Origin: an uncultured Verrucomicrobiae bacterium
GTDB lineage: Bacteria; Verrucomicrobiota; Verrucomicrobiia; Chthoniobacterales; Chthoniobacteraceae
Reading direction: 5' to 3'
NCBI GenBank assembly: GCA_963828525.1
Contig: CAWHEP010000010.1
Coordinates: 32,001-96,000, forward strand
Length of the DNA stretch: 64,000 nt
Within the stretch, counting starts at the first letter, position 1, and each line of letters begins with the position of its first letter. This document shows, in pieces, positions 19,217-29,873 of the stretch. The position numbers and the translations under genes were made by a program. The notes below the pieces were generated by a model, which was not told the DNA's origin, did not search any database, and worked only from the letters and a program-made list of their open reading frames with translations.

Positions 19217-20818
19217 ATGATGAACGCCGCCGCGCCAATAACTGACCTCAAAGACATGGTTCCTGTCGGACCAGATAGCCCCGCATGGCTGGGCGTGGCC
19301 GCTCTTCGCTTCATCCACGAGTCGGTGCTTGTCACTACGACTGATCTCGAAGAACCCGGCCCTGCCATTGTTTACGTCAATCCCGCGTTCACAAAGATGA
19401 CCGGTTACACGGCGGAAGAGGTCATCGGGCGCAACCCTCGGTTCCTTCAAGGCCCAAAAACGCGGCGGTCAACGCTTGATCGTTTGCGCGCCCGGCTGGC
19501 TGCGGGGGAGACTTTCGAGGGTGAGGACGTCAACTATAAGAAGGATGGCACAGAATTTTTCATAGACTGGTATATCGAACCCCTGCGGGATGCCCAAGGG
19601 CGGCTGACACACTTTCTGGCGGTGCAGCGGGATGTGACCGAGCGGCGTATGCTGGAGGCCCAGATCCAGCAGGCGCAGCGATTGGAAGGCATCGGCCTCC
19701 TCGCCAGCGGCATCGCCCACGATCTCAATAATGTGCTGGCGCCGATTCTCATGGGCAGCGGCCTCCTGCGGGATTCGTCAGTAGATCCCAGCTTCGTTGA
19801 GATAGTTAATCTTATGGAGGCCAGCGCCGAGCGCGGCAGCAACCTCGTAAAGCAAATACTCTCCTTCGCGCGAGGGATTTCGGGCGAGGGGGCCGTGGTT
19901 CAGCCCCGGCACGTATTGAACGATCTCGTCAAGATTACACGCCAAACATTTCCGAAGACCATAAGTATCTCCGCGGACGTCCCGCAGGATTGTTGGACGG
20001 TCGCCGTCGATCCCATCCAACTCCACCAGATTTTGCTGAACCTGTTTGTAAACGCGCGCGATGCCATAGACGAGGTTGGAACGATTTCCGCCGTGGCCGA
20101 GAATATCGATATCCGCCAGCCCGTCGGCACCCTTCGCGGCACTCTTAATCCTGGCAAATATGTGCGGGTCTCTGTGGAGGATAGCGGCTCAGGCATTCCG
20201 CCTGAGATCGTCGATCGCATCTTTGACCCGTTTTTCACCAGCAAGGAGGTTGGGAAAGGCACCGGTCTCGGTCTCGCGACCGTCTCTACAATCCTCAAGA
20301 ACATCGACGGTGGCCTCGATCTGCGGACTGGTCCGGCAGGCACGACATTCTCGGTATATGTCCCTGCGTCCAGAGCGGAGGGCCCAGTCCTGGTGCCATG
20401 GAATGTGGCCAAAGCGGCGCGGGGGGATGGCTGCAAGCTTCTGATCGTCGAAGACGAAGCCGCCCTCGCGGAGATCATAAAGGAAAGCTCCCTGGCTCTC
20501 GGATACGAGATCGAGGTAGCGGTTGATGGCGTCGAATGTTTCACCAAATACGGGGAGCATCATTTTGACTGCGTGATCCTCGATCTTCTGATGCCAGCAA
20601 GAGGCGGCGGTGAATTGATGCCTCTGCTGAAAAGCCGCTGGCCGGGCGCGCCCATTATTGTCCTCACCGGTCTCTCGGCGGAGCAAGCCAACACCCTCGC
20701 GCCGGATGCGGAGCGCGTGCTGACAAAGCCTTGCAGCGCCGAAACCCTCTTCTCCGCCATTACGGACGTTCTAGGCGCCAAAAAGCGTTCCGCTCCCGCC
20801 GGGTTTTACTCGATCTGA
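19217..20818 (+). CDS. Cytoplasmic hybrid histidine kinase, PAS (LOV-like)-HisKA-HATPase-REC
   Basis: IVYVNPAF..MTGY..EEVIGRNPRFLQG, IAHDLNN, NLFVNARDA, GTGLGL, receiver ILDLLMP..KP. Confidence 0.9.
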   Translation: MMNAAAPITDLKDMVPVGPDSPAWLGVAALRFIHESVLVTTTDLEEPGPAIVYVNPAFTKMTGYTAEEVIGRNPRFLQGPKTRRSTLDRLRARLAAGETFEGEDVNYKKDGTEFFIDWYIEPLRDAQGRLTHFLAVQRDVTERRMLEAQIQQAQRLEGIGLLASGIAHDLNNVLAPILMGSGLLRDSSVDPSFVEIVNLMEASAERGSNLVKQILSFARGISGEGAVVQPRHVLNDLVKITRQTFPKTISISADVPQDCWTVAVDPIQLHQILLNLFVNARDAIDEVGTISAVAENIDIRQPVGTLRGTLNPGKYVRVSVEDSGSGIPPEIVDRIFDPFFTSKEVGKGTGLGLATVSTILKNIDGGLDLRTGPAGTTFSVYVPASRAEGPVLVPWNVAKAARGDGCKLLIVEDEAALAEIIKESSLALGYEIEVAVDGVECFTKYGEHHFDCVILDLLMPARGGGELMPLLKSRWPGAPIIVLTGLSAEQANTLAPDAERVLTKPCSAETLFSAITDVLGAKKRSAPAGFYSI

Positions 20819-20947
20819 CCTGAGGGAGAAGCGCCTCCGGTCTGCCTCACCCGAGGCCCATTTCCCATCCCAGCGAGTAGGCGAGCGCGAGCGTTCTTTA
20901 GAGATCAACGCCCCGTCTGCTGGCGGGCTGGCTCGCCACTCCGCATC

Positions 20948-21838
20948 TCAGGGAACAGCCTTCACCAACGTTGCCACATCCTCCATTTCCGCTACCCCAA
21001 TCGATTCATCCGCCGCCCCATAGTAGAAGCGCCACAGTCCCTTGAAGTATGCCGCTCCTTCCGTGAACGTAAAAACCCGGTGACTCTGCATCTCATATTT
21101 GAACTTGGGCTCGATGAAAGGCGCCTCGCAGCGCTTTAAAATCTTGGAAGGATCCTCCCGCGAAAACAAGGCCCAGCCCGTTTTGCATAGCCGGATGATC
21201 CAGCGGCGTCCAATGAAGGAGATCGTCAGAAGTCGCCATGCCCATGGAGGGGTGCCATGGAATCTTCTGCCCTATGAAGTACATGATATACTTGCCGTTC
21301 ATCTTTTCGGGGACAATGACCGCGGCCTTCACCTCCTGCGGACCCCATGCCGGCGGTTGCAACACCACGCCTTTCTTCTGCCAATGGATGAGATCCTCTG
21401 ATGTGGCCAGGCACTGCGTCTGATTAAGACCACGCGGATCCCCAACGTAAGTCATATAATAAGTCGAGCCGAACTTAACCACCCGCGGGTCTTCCGCCCC
21501 GGCGGCATCATAAGTTTCGTCTGCTCCTAACACCGTGCCCGCGTGGCTGCGCGTGAAGTGAACTCCGTCGTCACTGAACGCCAGCCGAATCTGGTTTAAT
21601 TTCCCTTTGTTGATCACTTCCGCGCGATACAGCATCGCGATCCGATCGCCCATGACGATGGCTGTCGGGTTGAACGCGCTCGCTTCATCTTCCGCGTGGG
21701 ACATCATTGGCTGCGCGAAACGCACCACGCCATTTGCCTGTTTGATTGGAGACTCTGAAAAGTCCTCCGCTCTCGCGTTCAAGGCGCAGAGCGCCGCGGC
21801 GCCGAGGATCAAAAAAGCCCCGGAAAGGATTTAGCCAT
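20948..21838 (-). pseudogene. GH130-like glycosidase/phosphorylase, disrupted (frameshifts plus apparent internal deletion)
   Basis: FNP.A, LYRA, EDPRV, YYMTY, LATS.DL.HW in one frame; TGWALFSREDPS..F.EG..YYGAAD.SIGVA in another. Confidence 0.7.
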
Positions 21839-21882
21839 ATAAAAAGGAAGGCGGAACGAGTCTGGGTGGATGAACAACCCGA

Positions 21883-22644
21883 TTAAGGCTTGGCAATCAC
21901 CGCCAGATAGTTCCGGACGCTCTTCAACTCCGGCAGGTAGAATGGATTGGAACCGTTTTTCACCCATAATCCGGTCGATCCTCCTCCGTCCAGATTCAGG
22001 GCGCGCTGGATTTTGAACTCGGTGATCACACCCGGCGTCGAGAGGACGCGCGATGTCTCTTCCAGCGTTAAAGGCGCGGTCACGAGCAGTGCCACCTGTG
22101 CCCGACCGTCCCAGAGAACTGCCGTCCTGACCGCCTCCGCGGTCGACTCAAGTCCGGCAACCGGCAAACCCTTGTCGATGAGAAAAGGCCCAGCCTGCAG
22201 GGCTTGTCGAATCCTCCCGCTTTTCCTGTACTCCTCTGAACGCAACAGCATGGCTCGATCCGCTGTCACCACCAGGATGCCACTCAACAAGCGAGCCCGC
22301 TGGAATGGATGGATGAGCCTCCCATCACTGATGACAAGCCCCAGCGACTCGCGGTCTGGCTGAAAGTAGTTCCCGTTCACACCGGCCACGCATCCAGGGA
22401 TGCCGCTCAGCACTGCTGCCAAATCGCTCCCATCATCTTGCGGGTGATCCACCACCTCCAGACCAAATTTGTCGGTATTGAGAATAATGAGGTGGAGCAC
22501 GACCTGGCGATCATTCCCTACAATCGTCTTTTTGATGTGTAACGCTCCGGTTGGAGAACCCACCCGTTCAGACGAGCGCAACTCCCATCCCGCCTGAACA
22601 CGCGCGCAGAACAGAAGGCAGGCAATGATCACATACTTATTCAT
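21883..22644 (-). CDS. Phosphodiester glycosidase (NAGPA-like) family protein
   Basis: Signal peptide; VNGNYF, GLVISDG, QAGP.L, RTAV, ALNLDGGGST. Confidence 0.85.
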   Translation of the reverse strand: MNKYVIIACLLFCARVQAGWELRSSERVGSPTGALHIKKTIVGNDRQVVLHLIILNTDKFGLEVVDHPQDDGSDLAAVLSGIPGCVAGVNGNYFQPDRESLGLVISDGRLIHPFQRARLLSGILVVTADRAMLLRSEEYRKSGRIRQALQAGPFLIDKGLPVAGLESTAEAVRTAVLWDGRAQVALLVTAPLTLEETSRVLSTPGVITEFKIQRALNLDGGGSTGLWVKNGSNPFYLPELKSVRNYLAVIAKP

Positions 22645-22695
22645 GTCCGGCCTTCATAACCCATGCCGCCGCGAAGCGAAACCCTCCCACGTTCT

Positions 22696-24078
22696 TCAAA
22701 GATCAAATATCTTCCCCGGGTTCAGTATGTTCGCGGGGTCGAGCGTTTGTTTGAGTTGTTTCATCATGCGCAGGCTCTCCCGCCCGATAGCCCCTGGTAA
22801 AAAACTCTTCTTGGCCAACCCGACCCCGTGCTCCCCGGTGATAGTCCCCCCCAAGGCGACCGCAAATTCAAAAATTTCCCGCATCGCTCCCTCCACACGC
22901 TCCATCTCTGGCTTGTTCTTCTCATCCGTCAGGAAAGTCGGATGCAGGTTACCGTCTCCCATGTGTCCAAAGACGGCGATCTTCAGGTCGAACCTCACCG
23001 CCGCTTCCTGGATGAAGTTGATCATCTTCACCAACTCGCTCCTCGGCACTGTGGCATCTTCCAGGATCGTTGTGGGAGCGATTCGCGCCAGCGCCGAGAA
23101 TGCCGAACGCCGCGCCATGGAGAGTTTTGCGGCCTCCTCTTCCGAAGCCGCCGCCTGCACGGACAACGCGCCATTTTTGCGCGCGATCTCCTCCATGGCC
23201 GCCATCTCCTCGCCCACTACGACGGGGTGCCCATCCGCCTCCATTAACAGAATCGCTTTGACATCCATCGGCAGCCCGGCTCCCGTGTATTCCTCGACGC
23301 ACCGGATCGTCGTCTCATCCAGGAACTCCAGCGCGCATGGCACTATCCGCCGCGCTATGATCTCCGACACAGTGGCCGCCGCGGCATCCATGCGCCCATA
23401 AGTCGCGAGCAGCGTCCCCCGCGCGGCGGGCTTTGGCAGCAGTCGCAGGAGTATCTGAGAAATAACGCCCAGCGTCCCTTCCGATCCGATGAACACATCC
23501 TTCATTGAATACCCCGCCACATCCTTGACGCACTTGTTCCCCATCCGCGCGATCTCGCCTCCCGCGAGCACGACTTCCAGTCCCATGACGTAATTGCGCG
23601 TTATTCCATATTTTAATCCCCGCAGCCCTCCTGAGTTTTCCGCGACGTTTCCGCCAATTGTCGAGATCTTCATTGATCCAGGGTCCGGTGGATACAACAG
23701 GCCCGCCGCTTCCGCCCTCTCCGCGATTGTCTGCGTGATTACGCCCGGCTCGACGAGGAGCGTCATGTTTTCCGAATCCAGCTCAATCACCCGATCCATC
23801 CTGACGAGGCAAAGAACAATGGAACCAGGCGCCGGCACGCTGCCCCCACTCAAGCCGGTTCCTGAGCCGCGTGTCACCACAGGTAGTCTCTCCGACTGCG
23901 CATATCGCAGGATGCCGGAAATCTCCTCTGTATTCTCCGGGAAGACGACGCAGAGCGGCAACTCGCGCAGAACCGCCGTTGCGTCGAAGCTGTAGGGCAC
24001 GAGATGCTCCCTCTCCCAGAGCACACGTTCGCGCCCTAGCAGCCGGGTGAGGTCGGAGACCGCTTTGTTACTGCCCAT
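22696..24078 (-). CDS. glcD: FAD-linked oxidase (glycolate oxidase subunit GlcD-like)
   Basis: RGSGTGLSGG, YPPDPGS, TIGGNVAENSGG, GSEGTLG, GH.GDGNLHP, GEHGVG, LNPGK. Confidence 0.88.
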   Translation of the reverse strand: MGSNKAVSDLTRLLGRERVLWEREHLVPYSFDATAVLRELPLCVVFPENTEEISGILRYAQSERLPVVTRGSGTGLSGGSVPAPGSIVLCLVRMDRVIELDSENMTLLVEPGVITQTIAERAEAAGLLYPPDPGSMKISTIGGNVAENSGGLRGLKYGITRNYVMGLEVVLAGGEIARMGNKCVKDVAGYSMKDVFIGSEGTLGVISQILLRLLPKPAARGTLLATYGRMDAAAATVSEIIARRIVPCALEFLDETTIRCVEEYTGAGLPMDVKAILLMEADGHPVVVGEEMAAMEEIARKNGALSVQAAASEEEAAKLSMARRSAFSALARIAPTTILEDATVPRSELVKMINFIQEAAVRFDLKIAVFGHMGDGNLHPTFLTDEKNKPEMERVEGAMREIFEFAVALGGTITGEHGVGLAKKSFLPGAIGRESLRMMKQLKQTLDPANILNPGKIFDL

Positions 24079-24094
24079 CGAGTGACATGTTGCT

Positions 24095-26500
24095 ATGCTA
24101 TTTCTGGTGACGCAACTCTCTCAGCCGCCGCTCCAGCGCGACCCTGCCTCTCCGCGTCGCCGCCCCTTGCGAGGCTTCGCGGCGTTCCTGGCGCGCGGGC
24201 TCATGGTTGCGGCTTGTATTTCTCTCGTCTGGGGCGGCTGGTACATCTCCAGGCGGGGCCTCGGCAGGCGCTCGCGTCAGTTCGTCATCTCGGAGTTTAA
24301 AAAGCGCGGCGTGGATGTCTCCATCCAGCGCCTCACCCTTGATCCCTTTCACGGAGTCATTGCCCAGGATGTCGAAATCGTCGACGCCCGCAATCCGCGC
24401 AGGACTCTCGCGGCCATCAACCGTCTCGCCCTCGACATAAACTACTCAAATCTCTTGCGCGGCAAACCCTTCCTGGACGCGGTTGACCTCCACAACGCAA
24501 GGCTGGCTCTTCCGCTCGATTCCTCCGACGAGGACAGCCCCGCCATCCATATCTCAGGTTTGAACGCTCGCCTCTTGTTCCCGCCTCATCAGGTTTACGT
24601 GCCTCAAGCCGAGGCAGACTTTTACGGAATTCACATCTCAGTCTCGGGCCGTCTCGCCAACCCCGAGAGCTATAGCCCTTCTCCTCCGCCGCGTAGCGGG
24701 GAAGAGGTGGGTAGAGGCGAGATTACCCAATCCATCCTCGATGAGCTTAAAAAGATCGTGTATCACGCTGAGCCTCTTCAGGTAAATGTCCAGTTCACTG
24801 GCGATTTGGCGCAGCCTCGCTCCCTGTTTGTCAAAGCATCCTGCTGGGGCGGCGAAATCAGTCGCGATGGCTATCAACTTCAGAGCTTCTTCGCAGATGT
24901 CATTTTTCGAAATGGCATCCTCGACCTGAGAAAGCTTTCCGCCTCCGACGCGACCGGCTCTCTGGAGGCAGGGGGCACCTACGACGAGGCCGGGAAAACG
25001 GCCCACGTCCATCTTCACTCAACGCTCGATCTGCCCAGGTTCAACCGCTCTACGCGCCTTCTCCCGGCGCTCCAACAGTTGAACTTCGCCTCGCCACCCA
25101 CGGTTGACCTCTCTGGCGACGCCCGTTTTTCCCCCTTCACGTTTCTTTCAGTTGGCAGTCTTGCCGCGGGGAGTTTCTCACTCGGAGCCGTTCCTTTCGC
25201 ATCTCTGAATGCGGATTTTTCCTTCGATGGCGAGCGCTGGCTTATCAGTGGCCTAAGGGCAAGTCACGCCTCGGGCCAGCTTTCAGCCGACGTTATGCGC
25301 ATGCCGGGAGATTTACGGCTGCGACTGCAAAGCAGCCTGAATCCCAACGCTCTTTTTCCACTACTCCCGTCGCGCCTTGCCCGGGCGCTCGGCACCCTTG
25401 TCTTCGCGCAATCCCCCTTCATCCGCCTGGAAGCGCGAGGCGCGTCTACCGATCCGCATACCTGGAATGCTTCCGGCGAGGTACGTCTCAGGCGCGCCGT
25501 TTACAGAGGCGTGTCGCTCAAGTCGGCTGCCGCCAGTCTTCATTTTGACAATATGATTCTTGCCGGTGATCACTTCAGGATCGAACGCGATGAGGGCAGC
25601 GGCGCGGGTGCTTTCTCATATGACTTTACGAGGCACGAGGTTCGACTCACGGGAGTCAAAGCCACTCTGAATCCCGCGGAGGTCACGGCGTGGATAGATC
25701 CCATGGTGATGAGAAACGTGGCCCCCTACCACTTCAAGGCGAGCCCCGCGGTTGCCGTGAATGGCACCGTTCAACTCTCCGGAGGCACGAATACCAACCT
25801 TGAGATCGTCGTCGACGCGCCCTCTGGAATGAATTATCTCTTTCTCAGGAAAAATCTGTCTTCATCGAGCATCTCAGGCCGCTTGCTCTTCACCGAAGAT
25901 CGCCTCCAAATACTTGACCTGGATGCCGCTCTTTTCGAAGGCAGGGTGCGAGGCGGGGCGGACATCTCCCTTGCCCGGCACGATCCGCGGTTCTCCGCGC
26001 GCATAGAGGCAAGCGATGTCGATTTCGAAAAACTTGCCGAACTTTACTTCGACTACTCCGATTCCAAAGGCGTTCTCAATGGACGCTACGACTTCACGGG
26101 CTTTGGAGATGACGCCCGCGCCATGAAGGGCCGTGGCGAGGTGACTGTCACCGATGGAAATGTATTTGCCATTCCGATTTTCGGACCCCTTTCCGGATTT
26201 TTGAACGAGGTCGTACCGGGCGTCGGTTACAACGTGGCTCACAAAGCGTCCGCCACTTTCGACATCAAGGATGGCGTCATCGACACCCGTAACTTTGTCG
26301 TAGACGGCCGTGGCTTCACCATGCTGGGAGGCGGCAGGGTGCATTTCCTGGACGACAAGCTAAACTTCGACATCCGGCTCAACGCGAAGGGCCTTTCAGG
26401 CGCTCTTCTGTTTCCCGTAAGCAAGCTTTTTGAATATACCTCGTCAGGGACTCTCTCCAGGCCGGCATGGCGTCCAAAGCGGCTCCCGCTACCCAGGTGA
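24095..26500 (+). CDS. AsmA-like envelope protein
   Basis: Single N-terminal TM, long beta-rich body, C-terminal AsmA-like region (KLFEY..GTLS.P.W.P). Confidence 0.7.
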   Translation: MLFLVTQLSQPPLQRDPASPRRRPLRGFAAFLARGLMVAACISLVWGGWYISRRGLGRRSRQFVISEFKKRGVDVSIQRLTLDPFHGVIAQDVEIVDARNPRRTLAAINRLALDINYSNLLRGKPFLDAVDLHNARLALPLDSSDEDSPAIHISGLNARLLFPPHQVYVPQAEADFYGIHISVSGRLANPESYSPSPPPRSGEEVGRGEITQSILDELKKIVYHAEPLQVNVQFTGDLAQPRSLFVKASCWGGEISRDGYQLQSFFADVIFRNGILDLRKLSASDATGSLEAGGTYDEAGKTAHVHLHSTLDLPRFNRSTRLLPALQQLNFASPPTVDLSGDARFSPFTFLSVGSLAAGSFSLGAVPFASLNADFSFDGERWLISGLRASHASGQLSADVMRMPGDLRLRLQSSLNPNALFPLLPSRLARALGTLVFAQSPFIRLEARGASTDPHTWNASGEVRLRRAVYRGVSLKSAAASLHFDNMILAGDHFRIERDEGSGAGAFSYDFTRHEVRLTGVKATLNPAEVTAWIDPMVMRNVAPYHFKASPAVAVNGTVQLSGGTNTNLEIVVDAPSGMNYLFLRKNLSSSSISGRLLFTEDRLQILDLDAALFEGRVRGGADISLARHDPRFSARIEASDVDFEKLAELYFDYSDSKGVLNGRYDFTGFGDDARAMKGRGEVTVTDGNVFAIPIFGPLSGFLNEVVPGVGYNVAHKASATFDIKDGVIDTRNFVVDGRGFTMLGGGRVHFLDDKLNFDIRLNAKGLSGALLFPVSKLFEYTSSGTLSRPAWRPKRLPLPR

Positions 26501-28336
26501 CACTCCAGAGCCCTTCCGCTCCGCAAGATAATCCTGTATCTCCTTTACAAACACGGCTCCAAATTCACGGCGCTTTTGCTCGCCCACTCCGATCACTTTG
26601 CCAAACTGCTCATCACTGACCGGGTAGTCGCGGGCCATCACCCGCACCGAAACATCCGAAAAAATAACATACGCAGGCACCTCCCTCTCGTCCGCCAGCC
26701 GTCTTCGGAGATTTCTGAGACGCTCAAAAAGGGCTTCATCACACGCGATCTCCCCCTTCCTCTGTTTCGTGGACGCGGCCCCGGTGTCATCCGGCTTTGT
26801 CAGGACAATCGTTCTCCGCTCCTTTAGAGCCGCCATCCCTTCCCTGGTGACTTCCACCACCGCGAACTTCTCCGTGGATTGCCGAAGGTATCCGAGCCGG
26901 ATCAGTTCCCTTCCGATCACCTGCCACCCGGCTTTCTTCATCTCCTTCCCAATCCCAAAGGCGGAGACGCTGTCGTGTCCCCACTTTCTCACTGCCTCTG
27001 TCATCCCCCCGGTTAACACTTCGATCACGTGGTTCAATCCGAAACTGAACCCCGTCTTCGCCTTGATCCGGTAAGCGCACGACATTAATTTCTGCGCCGC
27101 CACTGTCCCGTCGAAGGTCGCGCGCGGCGAAAGACAGTTATCGCAGCCGTCGCATTTGCCTTCCGGCCATGTCTCTCCAAAATACGCGAGGAGGTTGGAC
27201 CGGCGACAGTCTCCCGACTCGGCGTAATGCACCATCTTCTGCAGCTGCTCCCGCGCGAATCTCTGCTCCTTTGGATCGGGTTTTTCATCGATGAATTGCG
27301 TCTGCTTCACCACATCCCCCGCGCTGAAAAGCAGCACGCATTCGCTGGGTAGTCCGTCCCGGCCCGCGCGCCCCGTCTCCTGGTAGTATCCTTCGATGTT
27401 CTTCGGCAGATCGTAGTGCAGGACGTAGCGCACGTTCGGCTTGTTAATCCCCATCCCGAAAGCGATCGTCGCGCACACCACGCGCGCGCTGTCGCGCAGG
27501 AACGCTTCCTGGTTCTTCGCCCGCTCCTTGTTCGTCAACCCCGCGTGATACGGCTTCGCCTTGATCCCATCTTTCGTCAGCCTCCCGGCCACGCTGTCCG
27601 CGCTCTTGCGGCTCTGGCAATAGACGATGCCGCTCTCTTTGGGATGCGCTCGCACATACTTCAATACCTGCTCATACGGCTGCGCTTTCGCGATCACCTT
27701 GTAGAGCAGGTTTGGCCGGTTGAAGCTCGCCACGTAGCTGCCGTTCCCCTTCAGCTTTAGCTGCCGGAAAATATCCTCCCGCACCCGCTCCGTCGCGGTC
27801 GCCGTCAGCGCCATCAATGGCACCTCCGGGAAATGCTTCCGCAACTCCGCGAGTTGCCGGTACTCAGGTCGAAAATCGTGTCCCCATTCGCTGATGCAAT
27901 GCGCTTCATCCACCGCGATCAGGTTCACATTCCATTGCCGGGCATGTTCCAGGAAACCCGGCAACATCAACCGCTCGGGCGCGACGTATAGCAGCCGATA
28001 CCGCCCCGCGTATAAATCCCTGAAGCGCGACTTCCCCTCCCCGGCCTCAACCGTGGAATTCAAGCACGTCGCCGCAACTCCGCTCGCCGTAAGCGCGTCC
28101 ACCTGATCTTTCATCAGGGAGATCAGGGGCGACACTACGATCGTGAGACCGGGCCGCGTCAGCGCGGGCAGTTGAAAGCACAGGCTTTTCCCACCGCCTG
28201 TCGGCAGCAACGCCATCACATCCTTGCCTTCCAGCGCGTCCCGGATGATCTGCTCCTGCAATGGCCGGAACGTGGAAAAGCCGAAATATTGCTTGAGAGC
28301 GAGCAGCAGGGGATCCGAAGCGCGAGCGTCGCTCAT
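26489..28336 (-). CDS. recQ: ATP-dependent DNA helicase RecQ
   Basis: PTGGGKSLC, DEAHCISEWGHDFR, ATIAFGMG, YYQETGRAGRDG, Zn-binding Cys cluster, RQC and HRDC domains. Confidence 0.97.
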   Translation of the reverse strand: MSDARASDPLLLALKQYFGFSTFRPLQEQIIRDALEGKDVMALLPTGGGKSLCFQLPALTRPGLTIVVSPLISLMKDQVDALTASGVAATCLNSTVEAGEGKSRFRDLYAGRYRLLYVAPERLMLPGFLEHARQWNVNLIAVDEAHCISEWGHDFRPEYRQLAELRKHFPEVPLMALTATATERVREDIFRQLKLKGNGSYVASFNRPNLLYKVIAKAQPYEQVLKYVRAHPKESGIVYCQSRKSADSVAGRLTKDGIKAKPYHAGLTNKERAKNQEAFLRDSARVVCATIAFGMGINKPNVRYVLHYDLPKNIEGYYQETGRAGRDGLPSECVLLFSAGDVVKQTQFIDEKPDPKEQRFAREQLQKMVHYAESGDCRRSNLLAYFGETWPEGKCDGCDNCLSPRATFDGTVAAQKLMSCAYRIKAKTGFSFGLNHVIEVLTGGMTEAVRKWGHDSVSAFGIGKEMKKAGWQVIGRELIRLGYLRQSTEKFAVVEVTREGMAALKERRTIVLTKPDDTGAASTKQRKGEIACDEALFERLRNLRRRLADEREVPAYVIFSDVSVRVMARDYPVSDEQFGKVIGVGEQKRREFGAVFVKEIQDYLAERKGSGVSPG

Positions 28337-28463
28337 TTTTCGCAATATACTCATCCTGTATGCCGATCCAATCTCAAGGCCTCGGGTTTGGGAAGCCACG
28401 AAAGCTGCCCACTCCTCAAAAGATTGCCTTGAATCACCGCCCGTTCAGTGGCTTGGTGTCGCC

Positions 28464-28724
28464 GTGACCACGAACCTCGAGGACGAAAAAAGCCGCCTCT
28501 GGCTTATGTATCCCGCCCGGCTCATCACCCGCCCCATCGTCTATGAGCTCGGGAAGCAATTCCCCGTCATCACCAACGTTCGGCAGGCCAGCGTGACCAC
28601 TGAAGTTGGCATCGTCTCTCTGGAAATCGAAGGCAAGCGGGCCGACATCTCAGCTGCCATCGCCTGGCTCGAAAGTCTCGGCGTCAAAGTCGAGCCGGTC
28701 GAGATCAACACCATCGAAGGCTGA
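28464..28724 (+). CDS. NIL-domain protein
   Basis: L.YP..LITRPIVYEL..F.V.TNVRQASV...VG...LE.EG....I..AIAWL...GV.VEP; GTG start 28464. Confidence 0.8.
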   Translation: MTTNLEDEKSRLWLMYPARLITRPIVYELGKQFPVITNVRQASVTTEVGIVSLEIEGKRADISAAIAWLESLGVKVEPVEINTIEG

Positions 28725-28769
28725 CACCCCGTCGATTAGCGTTAGCGTTTGGCTCCGTTGCCAGAAGCA

Positions 28770-29873
28770 TCACTTCACGCCCCTCGCGATCACAGCTTCT
28801 TCCTGCACCAGGTCACCCGCCTTCTGTAAGCCCTCTTTGAACGCCCTGCGCAATGCCGCGTCGTCCATGATAATCATGTCGGTGTCGCGGTGACGATTTC
28901 CGTCATTCTCCCAAATCTCGTTCCACCAGCAGAATCCCGCCACGCGCGGCCATCGCTTGCTGAACAGATCAGCCAGGGAGTCCGCCGCCCACTCGCTCGC
29001 TTTCACGCGGGGGTTCCCTGACGCGCAGCCGAACTCGGAAACAAGCACGGGCTTTGTGGGAGCCAGTTTGGTGAGGCGGCCGTAAACAGCGTCCATCTGC
29101 GTCCTAAACTCCGGAAGGTCTTCTTTCTCGAAAGGCGTCCTCGCGCCGTAGTCGCTCACGCCAATCCAATCAATAAAATCATCCCCGGGGTAGTAGTTCT
29201 CCAGGCTATTCCACGCCGCTTCCGGTTCATCACTGTTATTGATGTGCCACACCCATGTGATGTTTGCCGCGCCTGCCGCCCGCATTGTGGTGATCAACCT
29301 CCGGTAGGCGGCGACGAAGCATGCCGGCCCGCCTCCCTCGGTTCCGCCGCTGCTCTTTCGATACCACGAGGCATTCCAGGGAAACCACCGGGCGTTGCAC
29401 TCAATCCCCCACTCGACCATCACAGGTGACCCAAACGCCCGGGCTGCGGATGCCCATCGGGTGAAGGCTTCATCGAACTTGCCGGCGGCTATAGCAGGCA
29501 CAGTGTAGTGGGTCTCGCGTTTCCCCTCCTCCGCTTCCGACCATGTCATCAGCCGGATATACGGGACCTTGCCTAGCTGGCGAATCCACTCGCAGGCGCG
29601 GACGGGAAACTCCTCTCCTTCGAACCACTGTTGCGAAAAATAGACATACGCCGCCTTCTTTCCGACCGCTGCCTCGTAGCGCGCGACATCGGCCGGAGTC
29701 ACGTTGTGTTCCAGCGCCTCATGGCCGCTGCTGGGCCGGCCATCGTAAAAGAATCCGTTATAGAGCTTCCCACCGGGCGGAGCGATAACCTGGCCGCCAG
29801 TCTGGGAGTATGCCGGAGCCGTTATTAGCATGGCCGCCCACAGGAAGCGCCTGGCAAAATAACCGCTACTCAA
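28770..29873 (-). CDS. Glycoside hydrolase family 26 (beta-mannanase-like)
   Basis: Signal peptide; IAAGKFD..F..W, GIECN..WFPW, NITWVW, YYPGDD.IDWIG, SEFG. Confidence 0.85.
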   Translation of the reverse strand: MSSGYFARRFLWAAMLITAPAYSQTGGQVIAPPGGKLYNGFFYDGRPSSGHEALEHNVTPADVARYEAAVGKKAAYVYFSQQWFEGEEFPVRACEWIRQLGKVPYIRLMTWSEAEEGKRETHYTVPAIAAGKFDEAFTRWASAARAFGSPVMVEWGIECNARWFPWNASWYRKSSGGTEGGGPACFVAAYRRLITTMRAAGAANITWVWHINNSDEPEAAWNSLENYYPGDDFIDWIGVSDYGARTPFEKEDLPEFRTQMDAVYGRLTKLAPTKPVLVSEFGCASGNPRVKASEWAADSLADLFSKRWPRVAGFCWWNEIWENDGNRHRDTDMIIMDDAALRRAFKEGLQKAGDLVQEEAVIARGVK

